A DNA stretch of 64,000 bases, taken from assembly GCA_031835245.2 (NCBI GenBank), contig JAVKOQ020000109.1:1-64000 (forward strand), written 5' to 3'. The notes beneath the pieces are model-generated. The model made no database searches and had not been told where the DNA came from. It worked only from the letters and a program-made list of their open reading frames with translations. Position 1 is the first letter of the stretch; each line of letters starts with the position of its first letter. Source of the DNA: Balamuthia mandrillaris. Lineage: Eukaryota. The translations under genes were made by a program, and so were the position numbers. Below, piece by piece: positions 40,787-51,736 of this stretch.

Positions 40787-43700
40787 ATCATTATTTAAAA
40801 CAGAGTGGCCATATGACAAAGGTTCAAAAACGGGCACAGAAACAAGGCATAGCTAGTTTGCAAGCGCAACTTAAGCGCTTGGAACGGGTATCCCTCTCCT
40901 CTCGCTCTCTCACTCACTCGCTCCTCTCCTCCTCTCCTCCTCTCCCTATCAAAGTTTTAAATTTTTAAAAAAACCAGGAGGAACGAAAGAAGCAACGAGA
41001 GGAAGAGAAGACCCGCAAGAAAAGGCTACGAATGGAAGCCAGAGCGAGACGAAGGGAAGAAAAGGAACGAGAGAAAGAAGAACGAAGACGTCAAAAACAG
41101 GTAGAGCGAGAAAGAAGGAAACTTGAAAGGATTAAATATCCAATGGAAGACTTAGCGCTTCAGCAAGAGGAAATCGCTGCTGGGCGCATTGCTGGTCCTG
41201 TTGATTTGCCATACCCATCTTCTTTCATCAGCCATGACATAGCAGATTCTCAGTGGACACCTCTCATTACTGTTTGGAAGTTTTTGAACCAATTTAGGTT
41301 CGTTTCGTTTTCACTTTTGTTTGGTTGTTTTTATTATTTGTTTGTAGCGTTCTTCCTTCTGTCTAAGCTTCATTTTCTATTGAAATAGTTCACTATTGGA
41401 TATTCAACCTTTTTCTATCGAGAGATTAGAAAGAGCTTTGGCGAACGCGCCTCTCAAAGAGGATTGGGAGCTTTTGGAGGAGCTCCACCGAAGTATTCTG
41501 GAATTCATTTTAGAACCTGCTGACGAAAACGAGCCAGACGAACAAGAAGATGAAGACGAAAACGCAAAACAAACACCAGCCATTCCATCAACCGTTAGCG
41601 TTCATATGCCTCCTCTTCAAGATGAGGATGAAGAGGAAGGGGAAGAGGAAGAAGAAGGAGAAGGGGAGAACGAATCGCGGGACTTCAAGTCCTACGCATA
41701 CTTCGATGGTCTTGAATTACCTCTCAATAAGTTGACGTGGCCCGAAGTGGTAGTGCAGCTGATGGAGAGAAGCAAAATGGCTAACATGATCAACATGTAC
41801 ATAGACATGTATTCACCTTTGCCTTCTCCTGCATCATCGGCTTCATCCTCAATATCTCCAACGCCGCTGCAAATACAAAAACGAGACAGTGAACAAACCG
41901 AAAACAGAGACGATCCACAAGGAACAGAAGAAACTAATAATCATGAAGCACAAGAGAAAAAGGGATTGCAGGAGGAAGAGCAAACACAAATGGCAATGAA
42001 GGAGGTAGATAACACCGAAGAAAAAGAAGAACAAGCAAAGGAAGAAGAACGGAACGATAAACGAGACAATGTTCAGCCTCGTAACGACGAAGAACAGTGC
42101 CATGCGTTAAGAGTTTTGAGCACTGGAGATTACTTTGATCTTACTTCTGCAGAGAAGTTGGCAGTATTGCAAGTGCTCTGCGATCTCGTTATGGAAACGG
42201 AAGAGTTTCGCTCTCTGCTGGCGAACAAGTTCCAACAGATGAAAGACACCAAGCGACAAAAGTACTGGAAGAAAAGAGAGGAAGCCGAACAAAGAAGAGT
42301 TCAACTACAACAAAAGTACAAAGAAGAAGCAGAAAGAATCTCGCGACTACACGACGAGAAACAAGAGCAGTTAACAATTAACAATAACACAAACAAAGAT
42401 GGTGGTGAAGATTCCTCTTTGATGAGCAAGGAGGAAGAAAAGGAAAGCGAAGAAGCCACAGCAGAAGATTCAATTGCAAAAGAAAGCAAGGAAGAACATA
42501 ATAACGAAACTCAACAAAGCTCCTCTTCTCTCAAATCTTCTTCCGATGGCACAAAACGACAGCAGACTCTAGTAGCAAAGAAAGAACGGGAAGAAGCACT
42601 GGAACGGCTGAAGGAGCAAGAACGAATGGAGCTTGAAAAAGAAAGCGCTCGTTATGCCGAGGTATTTTGCATTCAAATTCTCCCTTCTCTATTTTCTTAC
42701 CATTTCATACTGACACACGACAATAACGCAGCAAGTAAAATACGAGCGAAAGATGGTCAAATTGTCAACATATCTTAGAAGCACTCCCGTGGGCTTCGAT
42801 CGTTACTTTAATCGTTATTGGTGGTTCGAACAGGTTAACAACAGCGACGCCAACGCCGAGAGTGGAACCGAAAACAAAACTAAAGTAGCAGCTAGGAAAC
42901 CTAATCGAAGTGGTCGTCTTCTCATCGAGCACACTCATCGCTGCAAACATCCAAATGAAAGCGGGGATGATCCTAAAAACGCTCGTTGTAAGGCAGACCT
43001 GGAACAACGCGACCCGGCAGGGGTGCGGTGGTCTTTCTACGAGACGAAAGAGCAAGTGAAGACATTCAAGGAAAGCTATTTGGATCATCGCGGAAGAAGA
43101 GAGTTAGCCTTGTATCGATCTTTGGATAACATCACGGATGAATTGAATCGCTCGTTGTTGACAGCTTTACCTTCTACAAAAGTAGAGCCGCAAAGCGAAA
43201 CAGCAAAAGAAGAGAAAGAAAAGGGGATAGCGGAAGCAGAAAAAGAGGAAGTTGAAGGAGAAAAAGAGGAAGAAAAAGCGGTGAAGAAAATGGAAGAGGA
43301 ACAAGAAGAGATAGAGCAAGAGCAAGGTGATGTAGTGAAAGGCAAGGAGCACCACAATGTTCCACGTTCGCGAGCGATCACGTTCGAGCAGGCACGTTCC
43401 TTTCTTGCCATTCCTCTCCTCGGTATTATGCGTGATTATTTATAACCCCTTTTTTGTTTTGCTTTCAAAATTTGAAACATAGGTCGGGGAGGCGATCATA
43501 GCAGTGGAAGAACGATTGGCTTCTTCTACGTTCTCTAAGCCCAAAGTCTACTCCCGAACCAGAACGAATCGATGGCTACGTCCGTTAATGTCGTCAATCA
43601 AAGCCAACACTACATCACCAACATTGCTGCAGGAAACCTTGCTGTACCTCAAATCTCAAATCAAGGACGCCAGTTGGGCCAAAGACTGGAGTACCATTTA

Positions 43701-44308
43701 CAGAGAGAACTGGGTCACTTTTGTAGAGGACAAAGCCGCTTCTCCTGCTCAATTCGCTTTGGCTCTTTTCTTGCTGAGCCGAAACATAAAGTCCGAATTT
43801 AAAGAGCCTCCAAAGGTACGGCTTACTTCTCTATTTCTCCCCTCCATTTATTATTTCTCTCTTCTCTTTTCTCTTTTCTCTCTTCTCTCTTCTCTTTGTC
43901 TCTTTTTCCCTATCTACCTTCTTATTTGTTTTTCGCCTCTCTTCTTGCTAGTTATGTGCTGGATGCGAAGCCAAAGACAGATGGAAACAAACGGTGGAGT
44001 GCAAGAAATGCGCAAAGAGTTATCATCTCGACTGTGCACAACCGCTGTTGAAGAACGTGCCTTTGCGTGGATGGCAGTGCCAGCGCTGCTCCACGAAAGC
44101 GCAGCGAGCTGCTGAGAGTAGCCAGACGGCAAAAAAGTGTTGTAATGTTTGTGGCAAAGGAGGCAAGAGCTTGCTTTCTTGCTCTACTTGCAGTAACGTC
44201 TACCATCTTAAGTGCTTAGATCCTCCTTTGAAGCGGGTGCGTCCCTTGATTTCTACTCTATTCTTGCTTTTTCAGTTTTTTTTTTGCTCTCTGTTATTAC
44301 TTTGGTTG

Positions 44309-44348
<40 letters not shown>

Positions 44349-44974
44349 AAATATTACTTGCAAACACTTATATTTTGATACAGATGCCAAAGACGAAATG
44401 GAGCTGTCCTGTTCACAAAAGAGGGCGTCGGCCTTCCTCCTCCACCAAGAACAAAACAAGGGAGACAGGCGGTAGTAAGAGAGGACGACCAAGCGTGCGA
44501 GGTTCTGGAAGAGGAAAAGGAAGAAAAAGAAAAGACGAAGAGAACGAACATGAAGAACATTCAGAAGCAGAAGAAGAAGCAGAACAAGAAGAAATGAAAG
44601 AAAAAAGCGAAGAGGAACAAATGGAAGACGAAGAAGAAGAACAACAAGAGGAAAACGAAAAGGAGCAGAGTGCGCCAACAAAAAAAGGACGAAAGAGAAA
44701 ACGAAGCAACAGCTCATCCTCCGCGGAAGACAAACGCAGCAAGAACAAAACGGATGTCTACGATATTAGTGACGAAGAAGGAGAAGGAGAAGAAACAACG
44801 CCCAAAAAACGAATAGCAAAAAGGCGGTCGCGTTCAAACAAGACCAACGAACAAAATGGGGAAAATAAAGAAGAGAAAACAAGCGAGAAGAAGACATCTT
44901 CAAGTGGTTATTCTCTTCGTCGAAGTCCGCGCGAACGAAAGTCATCCGTGTACGCTCGCTCCTCTGCGAGTTGA
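38089..44974 (+). CDS. Chromatin protein: RFTS-like + zf-4CXXC_R1 + DDT + WHIM/WSD + two PHD fingers
   Basis: PTRRLDSFAFY...WSIEYG..PVLWLKSSNAWYKL; CHLC/CPDC/CKAC/CPFC/CPCSVC; KYPMEDL; LITVWKFLNQF (DDT); YFDLTSAEKLAVLQVLCD (WHIM1); PVGFDRYFNRYWWF (WSD); two C4HC3 PHD fingers. Confidence 0.85.
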
Positions 44975-45056
44975 CTTTTTTTCCTACTTTCGCTTTTTCT
45001 GTTGGGTGTAAAAAAAACAAGGCCTTTGTCGTTATGTTTTCTTTCTTTCCCTTGCG

Positions 45057-46337
45057 CTATGTTTTCACCTCGCTAGTTCCATGATAGTAGGTGCATGTCT
45101 TCTCATCCCAAGGACATCCATTCTCTCTTGCCCATTGCAACACTTCCAAATGGCCTCGCCTTGCGGCAAAGGCACAGGTCCACACGTTCCAAGGACACCC
45201 GTTCGCCCTCAACCACTGCAACACCTCCAAGCGGCCGGAGGCCGCAGCCACGCTGCAAGCGGTAGCATCCCAAGGGCACCCGTTCTCCCTCGCCCACTGC
45301 AACACTTGCATGTGTCCATTCTTGGCTGCAGCGGCGCAGGTGTGCTTGTCCCAAGGACATCCGTTCTGTCTCAACCATTGCAACACCGATAAATGGCCGT
45401 ACGCAGCAGCGAAGGAGCAAGCCTGTTCATCCCAAGGACATCCGTTCTCTCTGGCCCACCGCACCACCTCCAAGTGACCATTCTTGACAGCGGCATGGAG
45501 TGTCTGTTCATCCCAAGGACATCCGTTCTCTCTCGCCCATTGCAATGCTTCCAAACGGCCGTTCGAGGCAGCAAAGTCACAGGTTTGTTGGGTCCAAGGA
45601 CATCCATTTGCTCTGGCCCACTGCAGCGTCTCCAAATGGCCGTTCATAGCGGCAGAGGAGCAGGTGGACTCGTCCCATGGACATCCATTCTCCCTTGCCC
45701 ATTGCAGCAATTCCAAATGGCCCTTCCTGGCAGCATTGGTGCAGGTCTGCTCGTCCCAAGGACATCCGTTCTCCCTGGCCCATTGCAACACCGCCAACCG
45801 GCCGTTGAAGGCAGCAACGCAACAAGCCTTCTCGTCCCATGGACATCCGTTTGCTCTGGCCCATTGCAGCAATTCCAGGTGGCCTCTCCCAGCAGCGTTG
45901 GTGCAGGTCCACTCGTCCCAAGGACATCCATTTGCTCTGGCCCATTGCAACGTTTCCAAATGGCCCGCCCTTGCAGCGAAGGCGCAAGTCCTCGCATCCC
46001 AAGGACATCCGTTCTCTCTCGCCCATTGCAAAGCCTCCAAACAGCCGTTCTCCGCGGCCGTGGCGCAAGTCCTCTCTTCCCAAGGACATTCTTGTGCAGG
46101 GTATGCCCATCGCAAGGCAACCAAGGAGGAGCATGCCCACCCCACATGCAACTTGTGACGCAGGCTCGGCCGGCTCGCTGCAAACCATTTGCGGCAGGTT
46201 CTTGCGGCTGGCGCAACGCTGTTCTCGGGCAACATGTTCAGGATGAGGCCAAGTATTTCCTCCGGGACGAGGGCTTCCATCCAGCAGCAGCAGTCTGTAG
46301 TTACAGCGGCAGTGTTGTTGCTGTTCATGATGAGCAT
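45057..46337 (-). CDS. F-box-like + ~14 tandem 25-aa GCPW-type ankyrin repeats (intronless)
   Basis: VPEEILGLILNML...AARTCRKW, then repeats of (T)C..AA..GHLE.LQWARENGCPWD. Confidence 0.92.
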   Translation of the reverse strand: MLIMNSNNTAAVTTDCCCWMEALVPEEILGLILNMLPENSVAPAARTCRKWFAASRPSLRHKLHVGWACSSLVALRWAYPAQECPWEERTCATAAENGCLEALQWARENGCPWDARTCAFAARAGHLETLQWARANGCPWDEWTCTNAAGRGHLELLQWARANGCPWDEKACCVAAFNGRLAVLQWARENGCPWDEQTCTNAARKGHLELLQWARENGCPWDESTCSSAAMNGHLETLQWARANGCPWTQQTCDFAASNGRLEALQWARENGCPWDEQTLHAAVKNGHLEVVRWARENGCPWDEQACSFAAAYGHLSVLQWLRQNGCPWDKHTCAAAAKNGHMQVLQWARENGCPWDATACSVAAASGRLEVLQWLRANGCPWNVWTCAFAARRGHLEVLQWARENGCPWDEKTCTYYHGTSEVKT

Positions 46338-46491
46338 ATCCTCTCACTCTCAGGCAGGCCAATTCTTCTTCTCTCCTAATAGTTCTTTTGTTCATCATTA
46401 TGTTAAAATTTACAATAATAATAATAAACAATTAAAAAAATTTCCTCGAATTTTTTTTGGCAATATAGAAAAACACACTTGGAGGAACGAA

Positions 46492-48402
46492 ATGGCACGA
46501 ACCAAGCAAAGAGCCAGAAGAAGGGCCGACCCAGCGGGGGACAACGGTGGTGGTAGTGCGAGGTTGTCGCCCAGAAGAGTGCTGCCCGGCGACGTTGTAC
46601 TGCAGCAGCGGGAGCGCCGGAGAATATGGCACAACGAGGCTCACGACGAGCCCAAGTTTTGCGTCGAGAGCGTTCTCCAGCTTGCCTCGGCGGCTTCTTC
46701 CTCCTCCTGCGACGAACGAGCTGTAGCGAGTACCAGCATGGAGGGGGTGGCGTTTAAGCTTGCTGAAGGAAGCACCCCCTTTGTCCTCCCCACTTCGGTG
46801 GTTGTCCTTATACTTTCCTTCTTGGAGCGGCCTCTCGACTTTTCTGCCTTTCTTCAGGTATCATTCATTCTTCTTCTTCTTCTCCTCCACCTCTTTATTG
46901 TGTCCTTCTTCTTATCTTCCTTCTTCTGTTTATCTGCTTCTTCGTTACTTGTTCTTCGTTCTTCTCCTTCTCCTTCGTCTGCTCTTCCTCTTTTTCCCTC
47001 TTTCTTTTCACGCTGACCAGGTTCTCCGTTTCAAAAGGTAGACCGCAGCATTTCTGAATGCTGCTCCCATCCTTCCTTTGCAGACCCTGTGTGGCGTCTT
47101 TTAGCAATCCGCTTTTTGGGGCTGACTGCTGCGTATCAACAAAAAGTGGAAAGCCAGATCTTCTCCAACAACGCTCAACTCTGGAAATGGTTTGGCTTGT
47201 GGCACGAGGCCTTCTTCATGGGTGATGATCCTTGTTCTGTCGTTCAGTTCAACAACCTCAACATCAGCAAGAAGGGGAGAGCGTCGCGAGTCCCCAAGTT
47301 GCTTCGTTATCTTTGGACGGAACAACAGATCGACTTGACACTGAACGAATGGCATCCGTTCTTTCAGGATGGTGGCTTTTATCTCTTTGCGGGTGAGTTT
47401 GATGAGACGTTATGCAAAGATGCTCTTCCTCGTTCCGTCTTTGAAGAAGAAGCTGCGAAAGAGGTCCAACACTGCAATAACAACGATGAAGAAACAGAAG
47501 AAGACGCACAACAACAAGCAGACTGGCAAAGGAAGATTGCAACCTACGACCAACTCATCCTGAAAGACATCATTTGGTTTGGGAGAGGAGGATATGATGA
47601 AGACATAGCGTTTACTGGTATTTATGTCGGTGAACCTTATGACTCATTAGTTCATCGCCACGAAGGGGAAGGTGCGGACGAGTTGCCGGAGGATCTTCCC
47701 ATTGTGCATTGGTGGCAAAGCCCAATGCCCACTACAGTGTGCCTTGGATTGAAGCGTTGGTTTATGGAAGGCAACTTCGTCTGGAACTTGTGTTATTCGA
47801 GGTTCATCTTTTTCCTTCTATTTGGTTTTCTTTCTTCTGTTCTCCTCCTTTCTGATATGTGTTTCTCGGCCAACGGAAGTGTGGAAGAGAAGGCACAGAA
47901 CTACGAAACGAGGAAACAATGGTTGCTAGAGCATGGCTTCGAGGTTCCTACTGGCTATGAGGACCCCACGGCATTGGCCCAGAAACACGTGATGCGCGAC
48001 CTTCGCACTAAAGAACTTATGTTACTCCCCAAAGTGCCTGGCATTGACCTAGGTTTTTACGATTCGTTAGAGGAACTCCATAGCAACGACGTGTATGAAG
48101 AGCAACACAGACGACAACAAGAACAACGACTGCGACAACAATTAGAACAACAAAAAGAAAGCAACAAGAGAAAGAGAGAAGAGGGAGAGAAAGAAGGAAC
48201 ATCGCCCTCCACTTCTTCATCGACCAAACAACAAAAGAAAGCTCGTCAAGCCGGGAATGATGAAAAATGGGTCTGTGGTATATGCGAAGAGGACAAAGAG
48301 AAGCCTCAACGTTTGTTCGCGAACCAGCATTCAGTGGAGCAACATTCAAAAGCAAAGCATCCTGGCGTTGCCCCTTCTTGTGTTCCTATCAACTGCAAAT
48401 AA
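46492..48402 (+). CDS. Uncharacterised protein with H3-tail-like N-terminus, F-box-like motif and C-terminal C2H2 finger
   Basis: Starts MARTKQRARR. LPTSVVVLILSFL...FLQ|VDR is joined by an intron at ~46858-47037. Ends with WVCGIC...FANQHSVEQHSKAKH. Confidence 0.75.
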
Positions 48403-49195
48403 GCTAAATTCGTGAATCCCGTGGGAGTTTATTTTGCTTCTTATTTACACTGCACTTGCTCTTTCATTTCATTTGCTGTCCTTAGAGCGAGAAAGAAAAA
48501 GAGAGTGAGGGAACCGAACTTGGTGTGGTTGGGCGGGAATGTTGGGAGGGAAGTAATCCACGTCCAAGCTAGAATGTGGGGAAGCAAGGAAAAAAAAAAA
48601 CAATGCCTTCCTCCTTTTCTTTCCTTTTTGCTTTCATTCCTTCCTCTTTCTAATGCTCTCCTTCCATTCCCTGGCAACTTTCCAACTCCTTTCTATCCTC
48701 AACTTAGTGCTTTCTTGCAAACTCGTTGAAACTCCTTGTAGCCTTTCCTTGCTTCCTCGTTGCTGACTTCCATTCCATGTGCCTTTGGTGGGCGGAGCAG
48801 AGGACTTTTGAGAGAGTACCCCTCAGGACAGTGTCTGCAAGAAAAGATAATTAACGATAATTAATATAAAACGATCAATGATCATTCCTAATAAGGGTTG
48901 GAAGATCTTCCCAGATGGGCAGATCCGCCGATGCTGATCTTTTGTTGGGTTTTTAGGGTCTTTTTTCTGTAGTAACGTTTAAATAGCAAAAGAAAATAAA
49001 AATGGGGGGAGTAGGCGCCTCGTTGGAAGCACAACTTCACTCTTATGAACCCTACATTTTCACTGTTCCCTCAAGAAGGGCAACGTGGTGACAGAGGAAA
49101 CCACAAAACCACTCTTCCTCCTTGTAAAAGGTTTTTTTTTGATAATATTTTTTTTAAAATGTTCTTTGATGATTTTTTTGATGTGTGGTTTTTAG

Positions 49196-49492
49196 GAGGA
49201 GCAAAGGCCTGCTGAGGTTCCTTTAAGGGTCTTTTGGGAAAAGCAGGACAACAATGGCCAATGGAGGCCATACCAAGCTGAAACGTGCCAACAGCTTGAA
49301 AAGGCCTACCAAATGGGCAGGTTACAATACGTCAAGGTCCATGAAGGTCAGCACCTCTACCAGGTGCATGTCACTCGAGGTTATGCCATGTTCGAGACCA
49401 ACCTTGCCAACTATCAACAACGTGCTGTCAGGAGAAGAGTCTTTGAAATGAACAACAAAGATTCCTCTCCTTCTCGTTGCCACTTATTTTGA
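49196..49492 (+). pseudogene. WWE-domain exon (upstream exon appears disrupted)
   Basis: After a tttttAG acceptor: VFWEKQDNNGQWRPYQAETCQQLEKAYQMG...YQVHV...MFETNLANYQQRAVRR, which fits the WWE consensus. The candidate first exon at 49002 hits a stop. Confidence 0.7.
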
Positions 49493-49563
49493 ATGGCAGG
49501 TAGGGAGGCCAGCATGATAGAACTGTTTCAACACGGTCCATCTTTGCACTATTTTTCAACACC

Positions 49564-49668
49564 TCAACTGCTGACACTTCTCACTTTCGTTTCAAGGACA
49601 AATAAATCACTTTTGAGCACCAATGATGCTATCTCTCTGTCTCTGTCTCTCTGTCTCTGTCTCTCTCT

Positions 49669-49703
<35 letters not shown>

Positions 49704-50150
49704 CACTCGAAGACAAGGAAGTAGGCGAAATAAACGCAGCACAGCAGCACCCAAAAAAAAAAAACATGATGGAGGAAGAATCGAAGCAACATTCCTCAAA
49801 AGCAAAACAGTACTCAAACTGCTCCAGGCGAAATATGGTGTTTGCGGTCAACTGCCCCGACTCCACCATCGATTTGAGCACCGGCAACACAAGAACGCCA
49901 GCTTGACTATACACTCCATCCAACACTGTCAACCTATGTACATATGTTTTTTAAAATGCATTTCTTGGTCATGACCAAAAAGAAAGGGGGGGAAACATAG
50001 AGGCGGCCATCGTTGGTGCGGCGGCCATTGAGACGAACGACTTGAAGGATGGCCGCTGGTTGAGTTCCAGGAAGATCGGCGCTCTTGCTGCCATACAATT
50101 GCAGCAAAATACCTGAAGACAAGTCGCTGGCTATCATCCCCATGCACAAA
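49564..50150 (-). pseudogene. RPA70 N-terminal OB-fold-like remnant
   Basis: DLSSGILLQLY...AILQVVRL...RL-LTVLDGVYSQAGVLVLPVLKSMVESGQLTANTIFRLEQF resembles RPA70N. The splice junction near 49934-49996 does not phase cleanly. Confidence 0.6.
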
Positions 50151-50359
50151 GAAACGACGCCTCTGCTTTTGTGTGCTGCCTGTCGGTGCGTAGGTAATGT
50201 TATTTTCAGCAATACTTCCAAGAATTTTTTTTCATTTTGTTTATGTGAAACAGCAATTCGCTCGTCGCTAACACTTTGGAGTAAACTTTACTTTTCGCCT
50301 AACGGAAGCGTAAGATACCGAGGACAGAGGAGGAGGTTTGTGCTTGGTCTGGTTTAGGA

Positions 50360-51398
50360 ATGAACGTGGCCAAGGGAGAGAACGGAGCCTCAAATGAATT
50401 GAGGAGAGTAAACCCTACAAAAGGAGACGATCCGTGGGGGTTATTGCCAGACGAACTTGCTTTAACGATCTTTTCTTTCTTGCCTTATCATGACTTCTGG
50501 GCTGTCAGCCTGGTGTGCAAAGTACGGTATTGAGGAATGACGAGCCTTGGATATGTTCACGCAACCCACAAACTTACTTGTTTTCCTGGCCTTAGTTATG
50601 GAACAGGGTGTCGATGGATGACAAACTCTGGAAGAATGTTGTCAAAAAACTTACACAGGCACAATCGGGAAACAGTTTGTTTGCGGTCGATGGTCATTAT
50701 CGGGAGACAGCAGAAAAACTTCTTAAAGTTCTTGGGTACGTTATCATCTGGGACTATGTCCTCTGTCCCTTTGTCTTTTCCGGCGTGTTCTCATCTCACT
50801 CACACACCACACACTCTACTTCTGCAACGGAATGCTCGGGCAAACACAAGAGGTGGCATGCGCTTGAAGCTTGTAATAGTAGGGGATGGAGCAGTCGGAA
50901 AATCCACTCTTTTGATACGTTACACTGAGAATAGGCTCCCCGTCGAGTACATCCCCACCATACATGGGGACATCCCCGACGGGACCTCTGTGGAGCTGAC
51001 AGAAAGAATAACATTATCTTTGGTTGATACAGCTGGGTATGTTGTCCCTTCCTTGGCATGTTATGTTCATGCCTTACTCGGGTTCTCTCTGTCTCTCTGT
51101 CGATCTGTCTCACATCTCGCTTTCTTCAATTTCCAACAGAGGCAGCGAGTACAGCAGACTGAGCACACTAACCTACCCAGGAAGTGATGTTTTCCTGTTG
51201 GCATTCAGCATGAGCAACCCCTACAGCCTTGACAATATTGAAGAGAGGTGGTTCCTGGAAGTTCAACACTATGAGCCAGAGGTCCCTATAGTGATGGTCG
51301 GCCTGAAATGCGATGACTTTCCTGGCGGATGCTTTGATCCAACGTTAACTCATGGCACTGGCACAATAGAACAAGCTGAAACTATTGCAAAGAGGTTG

Positions 51399-51433
<35 letters not shown>

Positions 51434-51686
51434 GCTCTCGCTCTCTCTCTCTCTCTCTCTCCACTCATTATCTCTTCCTTCTTGTTTGCCTATCAGGATA
51501 AATGCTGCAGCATTAGTTTTCTGCAGTGCTATGGAAGGAACGAACGTGGATGAAGTGTTCGAGATTGCCGTTTCCGTTGTATTGAGCAAATACATGATAA
51601 CGAACAATCACAACAAAAAGCAGAAACCCGAGAAAGTTGCTAAGCAGAAACCCGAGAAAGTTGCTTCTTCCTGTCTTCTCCAATGA
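50360..51686 (+). CDS. F-box + Rho-family GTPase fusion with CAAX box (kelch-less paralog of 22340-24827)
   Basis: PWGLLPDELALTIFSFLP...VSLVCK, GDGAVGKS, YIPTI, DTAG, GLKCD, CSA and CLLQ*. Intron positions match the paralog. Confidence 0.85.
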
Positions 51687-51736
51687 TTCTGCGGCCGAAA
51701 AGGTTATCGAAAAAAGTTCAAACAGTCCCCGCAATC

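Noticed and set aside
45081..46379. Several long overlapping ORFs and a 75-bp periodic repeat resembling an array
   Set aside because: Alternative frames of the ankyrin repeat CDS; no repeat-spacer structure, so not CRISPR.
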